Shown here: piece after piece, positions 1-9,000 of the stretch
Numbering within the stretch: position 1 is the first letter of the stretch
Layout of the letters: each line of letters opens with the position of its first letter
DNA from: Alkalispirochaeta sp.
GTDB taxonomy: Bacteria; Spirochaetota; Spirochaetia; DSM-27196; Alkalispirochaetaceae
DNA length: 64,000 bases
Assembly (NCBI GenBank): GCA_965601925.1
Contig: OZ271854.1
Location: forward strand, 3,456,001-3,520,000
Direction: 5' to 3'
The notes under the pieces: generated by a model
Databases searched by the model: none
The model's input: only the letters and a program-made list of their open reading frames with translations
Told to the model about the DNA's origin: nothing
Made by a program: the position numbers and the translations under genes

Positions 1-203
1 CGGACCGGGCGACAGCGGTACAAGCACGACGCAGAACATACTCATGGGCCGGCCCCTCGAATGAGATTCTTTGCGAGGCCCCTGGTAGGGGACGTACGAT
101 TTGCGTGGCGACACGGATTCTATCTCATCTATGGTGTCGTCTCGGTGGAAAAGCGAAGATGAAGGGAGAAACACGGCTCGGCGTCGAATGGCGGCGTAGA
201 ATG

Positions 204-231
204 AAAAAGACCGCCGGTAGCGGTCTTTTTT
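204..231. terminator. Intrinsic terminator, probably bidirectional, downstream of the tRNA
   Basis: AAAAAGACCGC-cggta-GCGGTCTTTTTT hairpin with A/T tracts on both sides, immediately 3' of the minus-strand tRNA. Confidence 0.8.
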
Positions 232-232
232 C

Positions 233-304
233 TGGGCGTAACTGGATTTGAACCAGTGACTTCTACCGTGTGAAGGTAGCACTCTCCCGCTGAGTTATAC
301 GCCC
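233..304 (-). tRNA. tRNA-Val (anticodon CAC); CCA not encoded
   Basis: Reverse complement GGGCGTATAACTCAGCGGGAGAGTGCTACCTTCACACGGTAGAAGTCACTGGTTCAAATCCAGTTACGCCCA folds as a cloverleaf; anticodon stem CTACC/GGTAG with loop TTCACAC; T-loop GGTTCAAATCC. Confidence 0.95.
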
Positions 305-397
305 AACGTAGTGGGGACTATACCGCGACGCTCGGATTTTCTGCAAGCCCTTCACCAATTGTGGATGTATTGATATGTTTGAACATCAGGAGTATGA

Positions 398-922
398 ATG
401 CCGACGGATGTTGGAATGTATTTCTGGCGGAAGGGCGACGAGCTGTTTCTATTCGTCTCCGGTCGCATAACCGCCACGGAAGCGTATTCGATGTATCATC
501 ACGTCGCGGAGTGGATTGAGCACAATCCGTGTCGTTCGATTTTCGTCGATTTGGATCGTACCGATTATATGGATAGCACCACGATCGGTACGCTTATCAG
601 ACTCCATAAACAGCAACATGCGGCGGGTGGTGAGTTTTTTCTCTGCAACCTCTCTCCCGCCGTAGCCGAGATCATCGAAAAGACCAAGCTCAATCGATAT
701 TTTTCGATCATCGAGAACGAAGTGCTGCACAATCTGGAAGATGAGTTTCTCAAAAAGCTCCCCGACCATGACGGCGGCGATGTCGACAGCTCCTTCGTAC
801 TCGACGCGCACAACGACATATGCAAGGTGCGCCCGGAGCTGACGCCGCAGTTTGAGGTGCTTCTTGGCGTCCTCCGCCGACAGGTGTCGGAAGAAAAGGG
901 ACGGTCGCATAAACCTATCTAA
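398..922 (+). CDS. STAS-domain protein (anti-sigma factor antagonist-like) with C-terminal extension
   Basis: STAS signature VDLDRTDYMDSTTIGTL...LCNLSPAVAEII; RBS AGGAG upstream. Confidence 0.8.
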   Translation: MPTDVGMYFWRKGDELFLFVSGRITATEAYSMYHHVAEWIEHNPCRSIFVDLDRTDYMDSTTIGTLIRLHKQQHAAGGEFFLCNLSPAVAEIIEKTKLNRYFSIIENEVLHNLEDEFLKKLPDHDGGDVDSSFVLDAHNDICKVRPELTPQFEVLLGVLRRQVSEEKGRSHKPI

Positions 923-972
923 CGTTTGTTAGTGTTTGACGATCTTTTCATGAGAACGGTACCTTTCGATCA

Positions 973-1617
973 ATGGCAACTCAACTGGTAGAACGAATAT
1001 CCTGCGCTCGTATTCCCAACAAGTACGGTGAATTTCAGCTCTGTCTCTACGCCAACACGGTAGACGAGAAAGAGCATCTCGCCTTCTCCATGGGCGAAGT
1101 CGAGGATCACGACGATGTGTTGGTACGGGTACACAGCGAGTGTTTTACCGGCGATGTCCTGGGATCTCAGCGATGCGACTGCGGCGAGCAGCTCGATCGT
1201 TCCATGGAACTGATCGCCGCGGAAGGGCGCGGGGTACTCGTGTACATGCGCCAAGAGGGGCGCGGTATCGGTCTTGCGGAGAAGCTGCGCGCGTATGTAC
1301 TGCAGGATGACGGGCACGATACCGTGGACGCCAACCTTATGCTCGGGCATCAAGCCGATGCGCGAGACTATACCGTCGCGGCGCTCATTCTCGCCGATCT
1401 TGGGGTGCGATCCGTACGCCTTTTGACGAACAACCCGACGAAGATCGACGATCTGTCTCGCCTCGGAGTCCGTGTTACCAGCCGTGTGCCGATCGAGCCG
1501 CGGGAAGTGAATAGTAACAACCGCCGATATCTCCTCACGAAAATAAACAGAATGAACCACCTCATGGATCTCGGATTGCCGGTGGCGGGAGGTCGCCCCT
1601 TTGGGCGAGCCAACTGA
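973..1617 (+). CDS. ribA: GTP cyclohydrolase II (stand-alone, no RibB domain)
   Basis: Motifs VRVHSECFTGD, SQRCDCGEQL, QEGRGIGL, DTVDAN, LLTNNPTK. Confidence 0.95.
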   Translation: MATQLVERISCARIPNKYGEFQLCLYANTVDEKEHLAFSMGEVEDHDDVLVRVHSECFTGDVLGSQRCDCGEQLDRSMELIAAEGRGVLVYMRQEGRGIGLAEKLRAYVLQDDGHDTVDANLMLGHQADARDYTVAALILADLGVRSVRLLTNNPTKIDDLSRLGVRVTSRVPIEPREVNSNNRRYLLTKINRMNHLMDLGLPVAGGRPFGRAN

Positions 1618-2383
1618 CCCGGCGTATCGCGAGACCGACCGCGTTATCGCCGACGCCGCGAAGACTGCTTCTGCGCGCGCGCTTCCTTGGGTTACCCTAT
1701 CGTGGGCTCAGACGATCGACGGGTCCATTGCCGAGAGTAGGGGAGTGCGCACCGCGTTATCGGGACCGGAGTCAATGCGCTACACGCACTATCTCAGGTC
1801 GCGTCACGACGCAATCCTCGTGGGGGTCGGTACGGTGATCGCCGACGATCCGCGCTTGAATACGCGTCTGGTAGCGGGGCGGAGCCCACGCGCCGTCGTG
1901 TTGGATTCGCGGCTGCGGTGTCCGGTTGACTCGCGTATATTGACCACGGCGAGGGACGAGAGCCGGGACGGTCCGGTGATCGCGTACGTCGCCGACGGAG
2001 CCGACGCATCACTCGATGATCGCCGACGCCTGTTGGAAGAGCGCGGTGCGACGGTCGTCGCCGTCTCGGGAGCCGATGGCGGCGCGGTAGAGTTACCGCA
2101 CCTTCTTACGGTACTCGCACGCGAAGGCGTAGCGACGCTCATGGTAGAGGGGGGCGCTCGCGTTCTCTCTTCATTCTTGGCCGCCGGCCTTGCAGACTGC
2201 GTGGCGATCACCATCGCAATGCGACTGCTCCAAGGGTATCGCCTGTGCGGTGAAGAACGCGAGGGGCGACATACTCCGGCGTGGAGCGTGAGCGTCTCCG
2301 ATACGCGCCGCTTTCCACTCGGAGACGACCTTCTGATACTGGGGCGACCGCGCCCCGACTCGGAGGGGAGCTCAGGCGAATGA
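1601..2383 (+). CDS. RibD C-terminal (reductase-only) family protein
   Basis: WVTLSWAQTIDGSIA, HDAILVGVGTVIADDPRL, VEGGA; no deaminase HAE/PC motif; overlaps the ribA stop. Confidence 0.85.
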   Translation: MGEPTDPAYRETDRVIADAAKTASARALPWVTLSWAQTIDGSIAESRGVRTALSGPESMRYTHYLRSRHDAILVGVGTVIADDPRLNTRLVAGRSPRAVVLDSRLRCPVDSRILTTARDESRDGPVIAYVADGADASLDDRRRLLEERGATVVAVSGADGGAVELPHLLTVLAREGVATLMVEGGARVLSSFLAAGLADCVAITIAMRLLQGYRLCGEEREGRHTPAWSVSVSDTRRFPLGDDLLILGRPRPDSEGSSGE

Positions 2384-3444
2384 TGCGACGGCGACGCGCA
2401 TTCCAAATCGATGCACCGCAACGGTCGCGGGTGGTATCCGAGGCGGTCGGTACGCCGGAACCGGGAGAGGTCGTCATCGAGGCCGAGTGGGGTGCGGTGA
2501 GTACCGGGAGCGAGCTCCTCGTCTATCGCGGAGATCTGCCCGCCGGGCTCTCGGTGGACGATACGCTCCCGGCGTTGCGGGGAGAACGGGCCTATCCGCT
2601 ACGCTACGGATACACCCTCGTAGGGCGCGTCGTCGCGTGCGGCGACGACCTCGATGCGAGCCGATGGCGCGACCGGCGCGTGTTCGCCTTTCACCCCCAC
2701 GCCTCGTACGCTCGAGTCGGCGTTGAAACGGTCCTCGTTGTGCCGGACGCCGTTGAGGCGGAGTACGCCCCGCTGTATGCCAATACCGAGACCGCCCTTT
2801 CCCTCGCGTGGGACGGCGCGCCGGCGGCGGGCGAAACGATTCTCGTCCTCGGACTGGGAATCGTCGGCATGCTCCTTACCGCGCTAACGTCCCGACAGGT
2901 TCCGGGGCTCCTGGTGGCCGTAGAGCCGGACGCGGCGCGGAGGAGGTGGGCGGAACGATTTCTCCGGTCCGATGATAGGGCTCCGGTGCGCCTCTGTTCC
3001 TCCGTCGATGAAGCGATGCAGACACTCGAACGGTACGCGGGGCGATATCGTGGAACGTACCGCGGGTTCGATCTCGTCTACGAAGTGAGCGGACGCCCCG
3101 AGGTGCTGGACGATGCCGTCGCCTCGGCAGCATTCGGCGCTCGGGTGGTCGTCGGGTCGTGGTACGGCTCGCGTGCGAGTGAGCTCTCATTGGGAGGACG
3201 GTTCCATCGTAGCCGAGTGCGTATCATCTCGAGTCAAGTCAGCACCATTCCCCTCGGGATGGCGGCGCGCTTCGACTACGAACGGAGAACGCAGGCCGTA
3301 TGGTCGTTTCTCCCGCGTCTCGCTCTCGATCGGTTGGCGCGCCGCGTCGTCGGTCTCGGAGACCTCCCGGCACTGTTCGACCGACTCGCCGACGGCGAAC
3401 GTCCGGAGCCGTGGATAGCCGTCGACTACCGACTCAATACATAA
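2380..3444 (+). CDS. Medium-chain dehydrogenase/reductase family oxidoreductase
   Basis: AVSTGSE and GYTLVGRV N-terminal motifs, GLGIVG Rossmann motif, GSWYG; start ATG coupled to the upstream stop (ATGA). Confidence 0.8.
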   Translation: MMRRRRAFQIDAPQRSRVVSEAVGTPEPGEVVIEAEWGAVSTGSELLVYRGDLPAGLSVDDTLPALRGERAYPLRYGYTLVGRVVACGDDLDASRWRDRRVFAFHPHASYARVGVETVLVVPDAVEAEYAPLYANTETALSLAWDGAPAAGETILVLGLGIVGMLLTALTSRQVPGLLVAVEPDAARRRWAERFLRSDDRAPVRLCSSVDEAMQTLERYAGRYRGTYRGFDLVYEVSGRPEVLDDAVASAAFGARVVVGSWYGSRASELSLGGRFHRSRVRIISSQVSTIPLGMAARFDYERRTQAVWSFLPRLALDRLARRVVGLGDLPALFDRLADGERPEPWIAVDYRLNT

Positions 3445-3461
3445 CGAACCAAAAAAAGGGG

Positions 3462-3866
3462 ATGCCTATGGAAGGAAGATACAGCGTCACGGTGATTAGG
3501 GACTTCGTAGCTCAGCATCACCTTATAGGCGGCGATTGGGGCGCGGAGAACCAGCCCCACTCCCACCACTACCGAATCGAGCTGACCCTCGCCGGGGGCC
3601 ACCTCGACCGGCACAACTATATGGTCGATATCGTCGATATCGAAAAGACGCTGGACGCTTTCGTTACGCGGTATCGCGATACGAGCCTCAACGACGCGCC
3701 CGCGTTCGCGGACACCAATCCGAGCCTCGAGCTCTTCTGCCGCGTAGCGTGGGACGAGATCGTTCCGGCACTGGGAGCACAAACGGTGGACGAGGCGACC
3801 GTTACCATGTGGGAACACGATACGGCAAGGGCGAGCTATACCGCCGCGCCGTCGCCCGCTCGGTGA
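3462..3866 (+). CDS. 6-pyruvoyl-tetrahydropterin synthase/QueD (COG0720) family protein with atypical motif
   Basis: FVAQHHL...ENQPHSHHY, DIVDIE, LND...NPSLE, WEHD tunnel-fold motifs; start at 3462 or 3468. Confidence 0.85.
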   Translation: MPMEGRYSVTVIRDFVAQHHLIGGDWGAENQPHSHHYRIELTLAGGHLDRHNYMVDIVDIEKTLDAFVTRYRDTSLNDAPAFADTNPSLELFCRVAWDEIVPALGAQTVDEATVTMWEHDTARASYTAAPSPAR

Positions 3867-3915
3867 GACGCACGGCTCCCCGACGCCTTCGGCGTAGCGC
3901 GTCCGGTATGCACGT

Positions 3916-5046
3916 ATGAAGGTCGGAATCGTTCTATTCGGCGATCTCACCGAGCCCTCCGGCGGATATGTGTACGATCGTCACGCCGTTGAGGCGCTCA
4001 CCCGCGCGGGCCACGAGGTGACGATCGTCTCTCAACCGGCGGGATTGACGTACCGTGAACAGCGTCGCCTCGGCCGTCGCGAGGCGGCACACCTCACCGA
4101 CGGTGTCTGCGAGCGCATCGTCGAGCAGGCCTTTGACATGTTGATCATCGACGAGCTGAACCACGCCGCGACACAGCCGTGGCTACGCACGCTGCGTCGC
4201 CGCGTGAGCGACACGCCGATCGTGGCACTCGTGCACCACCTCCGCGCCGACGAGGGGCTCTCGCGGCGGTGGAGCCGCGGCGTGGAGGCGCGTTTCCTGC
4301 GGTGCTGTGACGCGTGGTTGTGCAACAGCACCGTAACGCTCCGCCGCGTATACGCAACCGCAGGGACGGTTCGTGCCTCGGGTGTCTCGTTCCCCGGTGT
4401 CGGCGAGGCGGGATACACGGAAGGTCCGGGAGCTTCGTTACGGAACGACTCGGCCCTTCGCGGAGGACGAGAGCTTGAAGAGGGAGCCTTACGCCTCCTG
4501 TTTGTCGGGACGCTTATACCCCGCAAAAACCTAACCGTTCTTCTCCGAGCCGTCGCCCGCGTCCCCGACGTGACACTCCGCATTGTCGGCGATACGACGC
4601 ACGACCGCCGGTACACGGGGCGCGTTACGCGCCTCATCCGCCGTCTGGGCCTTGCTCGGCGTGCGACGCTCTGCGGGAGACTCGACTCGCGCCGCCTCGT
4701 CGCGGCGTATCGGTGGGCAGATCTCTTTGCGGCACCGTCGCGATACGAGGGTTTCGGTATCGTTTATCTGGAAGCGATGGCGCACGGCCTACCGGTTATC
4801 GCCTCGCGCGCCGGAGGCGCCAAGGACTTAGTGACTCACGGACGCGACGGGTTTCTCGTACCTCCATCTTCGCCGCGCGCTATTGCCGCAACGCTGAAAC
4901 GTCTCTGTGCCGATAGAGCGTCGGTCGCGCAGTTGGGCAAGGCCGCCGGTCGCCGCGCAGCGCGTCACGAATCGTGGGAGCGAAGCATGGACGGGGCGGT
5001 ACGTTTCCTGGAAGATGTGCGCGCCCAATTTCGGCGAACGGTCTAA
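3916..5046 (+). CDS. Glycosyltransferase family 4
   Basis: SGGYVYDR N-terminus, VGTLIPRKN, and the YEGFGIVYLEAMAHGLPV Ex7E motif. Confidence 0.9.
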   Translation: MKVGIVLFGDLTEPSGGYVYDRHAVEALTRAGHEVTIVSQPAGLTYREQRRLGRREAAHLTDGVCERIVEQAFDMLIIDELNHAATQPWLRTLRRRVSDTPIVALVHHLRADEGLSRRWSRGVEARFLRCCDAWLCNSTVTLRRVYATAGTVRASGVSFPGVGEAGYTEGPGASLRNDSALRGGRELEEGALRLLFVGTLIPRKNLTVLLRAVARVPDVTLRIVGDTTHDRRYTGRVTRLIRRLGLARRATLCGRLDSRRLVAAYRWADLFAAPSRYEGFGIVYLEAMAHGLPVIASRAGGAKDLVTHGRDGFLVPPSSPRAIAATLKRLCADRASVAQLGKAAGRRAARHESWERSMDGAVRFLEDVRAQFRRTV

Positions 5047-5056
5047 GGCGTCACCC

Positions 5057-6013
5057 TCAGACGCGGCGAAACAGACACAGCTCGTAGCGCATGAGACCTC
5101 GTTTTGCGAGTTGTTGAAGTGCGTTTCCCCCGCGTACGTTGTCCCATACGCCCCCACTCAGCCTAAAAAAGGCGGCAGGGCCCGCTACGAGGCGCACGAG
5201 AAGGTCGCGCGGTCTGTCCAGTGCCGCATATGCGCTGAAGTCGTGTACCGCATACCGTTCAAAGCCGTGCTCACGCGCGAGTGCTTCGAGCTCCCGTGAA
5301 GAGAGAAAGGTATGCACGTGCCACCCGCGGCGAAACTCATCGATCCAGCGTCGGTGTCGGCGGCGTACGTACCTCGAATCGTTTCTCGGTCGCGATGAAA
5401 CGGCCGATAACTCGAGGCGCGGAGCGACGGATGGTGCCGGAAGGTCGTCGCAGACGGCGAGCACACCGCCGGGCCTCATGTGGTCGGCGAGGTGGGCAAA
5501 AAGAGCCGCGGCGTCGTCGGCGTGGTTGAACGACTCGATCATCCACGCCCCGTCGAGCGGCCCCCAGTCCGCGAGGCGCTCGAACGTCGCCGGTGCTGCA
5601 AAGTCACCTTGTATAATGCGCCGTCTGTGCGCCTCGCCGCTGCGTGCGATGTCATGCATCCCGATGTGCGCTTGAATGGCGCTCAAGGTCACGCCGGACA
5701 CGCGAGCATCGAGGCGGCGACCGATCCATGTCGTGCTCGCTCCCACACCGCAGCCGAGATCCGCAAGATGGGTCTCCACCGTGGAGCGTCGCGGGGTGCC
5801 GTCGTCGCCCGACTCGGCGTGCGGACGCGCAACACCGGCCTCTACGAACGCCGCGACGATCCGACGGTGGATGTAGTGGAGCGCCTCGATGTGACTCGTC
5901 ACACCGGGCGCCCACAGCTCGCGATGAATCGCACCGGTCGCGCCGCTGCCGCGGCCGAAGCGCAGAAATGAGCGCGTGTTGCGATCGTAGTAGTTCCGTA
6001 CGTCGAGACTCAC
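5057..6013 (-). CDS. Class I SAM-dependent methyltransferase (tocopherol/sarcosine N-methyltransferase-like)
   Basis: DLGCGVG motif I, GVTLSAIQ, QGDF, IESFNH, RPGGVLAVCD; start GTG at 6013 is uncertain. Confidence 0.8.
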   Translation of the reverse strand: MSLDVRNYYDRNTRSFLRFGRGSGATGAIHRELWAPGVTSHIEALHYIHRRIVAAFVEAGVARPHAESGDDGTPRRSTVETHLADLGCGVGASTTWIGRRLDARVSGVTLSAIQAHIGMHDIARSGEAHRRRIIQGDFAAPATFERLADWGPLDGAWMIESFNHADDAAALFAHLADHMRPGGVLAVCDDLPAPSVAPRLELSAVSSRPRNDSRYVRRRHRRWIDEFRRGWHVHTFLSSRELEALAREHGFERYAVHDFSAYAALDRPRDLLVRLVAGPAAFFRLSGGVWDNVRGGNALQQLAKRGLMRYELCLFRRV

Positions 6014-6029
6014 CGGCCTAAGATAGCGC

Positions 6030-9000
6030 TCAGCGACTCCTAACTTCCACCGCCACGTCGGTGAGTGACTCGCGATAACTCTCGAGGGGCGCGCAACTGC
6101 ACACGAGATTGCGGTCGCCATGCACGTTGTCGACGCGTCCCACCGCGGGCCAAAACTTGTTCCGTCGCGTCCACTGCGTCGGGTACGCTCCTCGTTCGCG
6201 CGTATACGGACGGCTCCACTCGCCGGTGATGTCCTCCAACGTGTGGGGTGCGTAGCGCAGAGGACTCTCCTCGAGCGGCACCGCGCCGGACCGTATCTCG
6301 TCGATCTCCCCGACGATGCCGATCATCGCGTCGCAAAAGCGATCGAGTTCGCCCTTGTCTTCGCTCTCGGTCGGCTCGACCATGAGCGAGCCGTGTACCG
6401 GCCACGACATCGTCGGCGCGTGAAAGCCGTAGTCGGCCAGGCGTTTGGCGACATCCTCGACGGTAACACCGGTCTCTTTTTCAATCCGCCGAAAGTCGAG
6501 AATACACTCGTGAGCCACCAATCCTCCCGCCCCGGTGTACGCGATCGGAATATGAGGCGCAAGGCGTGATGCGATGTAATTTGCGTTGAGGATCGCCGTT
6601 TGGGAGGCGCGCGTGAGGCCGCGCTCTCCCATCATGGCGATGTAGGCGTAGGAGATGGGCAATACTCCGGCGCTCCCGAGCGGTGCCGACGCGATCACTC
6701 CTGTGGGGCCGGGTTGGTCGGTCGTTCCCGGAAGAAACGGCGTGAGATGTGCGGCGGTCAACACCGGTCCCACTCCCGGTCCTCCGCCGCCGTGCGGGAT
6801 CGAGAAGGTCTTGTGCAGATTGAGGTGGCACACATCGGCGCCGATGCGTCCCGGGCTCGTGAGCCCGACCTGTGCGTTCATATTGGCGCCGTCCATGTAG
6901 ACCTGTCCGCCGCGGTCGTGAACGATACGGATCGCCTCGCGGATTCCGGCCTCGAACACACCGTGCGTCGAGGGATAGGTGACCATAAGTGCGGCGAGTT
7001 CGTCCTTGTGCTTCTCCGCCTTGGCCGCGAGGTCCGCGAGGTCGATGTCACCGTTCTCGGCGCTCGCGACCACCACAACCCGCATCCCGGCCATCGTCGC
7101 AGAGGCGGGATTGGTCCCGTGGGCGGAGTCGGGGACGAGGCAAACCGTGCGCTCGCGCTCTCCACGACTGTGATGCCACGAGCGGATGACCATGAGGCCG
7201 GTATACTCGCCCTGGGCGCCGCTGTTGGGTTGGAGCGTACATCCGTCGAGTTCGGTAATCTCACAGAGCCACGACGAGAGCTCCGAGGCGAGCATTCGGT
7301 AGCCCCCCGTCTGATGGGTCGGTGCGTAGGGGTGTATCGAGGCGAACTCGGGCCACGTAATCGGGATCATCGCCGAGGCGGGGTTAAGCTTCATCGTGCA
7401 ACTACCCAGCGGTATCATCGCCTGAGCGAGGGACAAATCGCGGCTCTGGAGCGCCGTGATATAACGCAACAGCGCCGTTTCGCTGCGATAGGCGTGGAAG
7501 ACGCGGTCTTCGAGATATCCGGTCCGACGTTCCAGCGGCAGTGCGGGACGAAACCGGACGGCCGCCGAGCGCGCGACGAGCGTCCGTCGATCGGTCTCGA
7601 CGTCGAGGGCGGCGAGGAGGACGGATAACTCATCCACTGTGGAGCGCTCGTCCAAGGTGATCCCGATTTTGCCGTCGCCGTGGGGGCGCAGATTGAATCC
7701 TGCACGCTCGGCCGCGGCAATATAACGGCGTTGGGTCGGTGAATCGACCGATAGCGTCACGGTATCGAACATATCGCCGTCGACGGTGGGAATACTGTGT
7801 TCCCTTAATACGGAGCGAAGCGTGGCGGCGAGCACCGCGATGCGCGTCGCGATACGGCGCAGCCCGTCGGGGCCGTGGTATACGGCGTACATCGACGCCA
7901 TGATTGCGAGAAGCGCCTGGGCGGTACAGATATTGCTGGTCGCCTTATCGCGGCGGATGTGCTGCTCACGCGTCTGTAGGGCGAGGCGCATCGCCGGTCG
8001 TCCGGTACGGTCTTTACTGATCCCGACGAGCCGCCCCGGCATGAGCCGCTTAAGGGCCTCGCGAGTCGCCAGAAATGCCGCATGCGGTCCGCCGTAGGCG
8101 AGGGGTACACCGAATCGCTGCGAGTTACCGACCACGATATCGGCGCCCCAGCTTCCGGGGTCGGCGAGCAGGGTGAGGGCGAGGAGGTCGGTTGCCACGA
8201 TCGCCAACGCGCCTTCGCCGTGCAGCGCCTCGACCACCTCTCGATAGTCGCGCACTACACCGTCCGTATCGGGGTACTGGACGATACCGGCGACGTCGCC
8301 GGATCGGAGCGTCCACTCTTCAACCGGAGCGCACACGAGTTCGATCCCCAGCGGCGCCGAACGCATCATGAGGTGCGCAATCGTCTGGGGATGTAGGCGA
8401 TCGTCGACGAGCACCCGCACCGTTTCCGCCTTGCCGCGATACGCGCGCAGCGCCATCGTCATCGCCTCGCCCGCAGCCGTGGCCTCATCGAGCATCGACG
8501 CGTTCGAGATCTCCATCCCGGTGAGCTCACTCACCATCGTCTGAAAGTTGAGGAGCGCCTCGAGACGTCCCTGGGAAATTTCGGCTTGATATGGAGTGTA
8601 TTGCGTATACCAACCGGGATTCTCGAGTATCGTGCGTTGGATGACCGACGGAGTGATGGTGTCGGCGTATCCTAGGCCGATCAGACTGCGCATCTGCGTA
8701 TTGTGTGAGGCCATCGAACGGAGGCGGGCGAGGAGCTCGTCTTCCGCCAGGCCCCTCGGCAGATTGAGCGCGTCGGTCCGACGAATCGACGAAGGAACGA
8801 TCGAGTCGATGAGCCGATCTACGCTCTCTGCGCCGACCACCTCGAGCATCGCTCGGACCTCCTCTTCCCTTGGACCGATATGTCGAGAAGTGTACTCATC
8901 GCTACGGTCGAGGAGTCGTTGGGCGGACGCTACGCGGTTATAGGACGGCTTGTATACCGGACCACGATTCTGGCGGCATCGTATGTTCCGCGAGCGTACG

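Noticed and set aside
1..400. tRNA-Val as an integration site for an island
   Set aside because: No integrase and no duplicated tRNA 3' end seen in the window; sequence to the left is not visible
973..2383. Canonical riboflavin operon with an FMN riboswitch
   Set aside because: No ribB, ribE, ribH or deaminase domain, and only 50 bp upstream with no RFN motif
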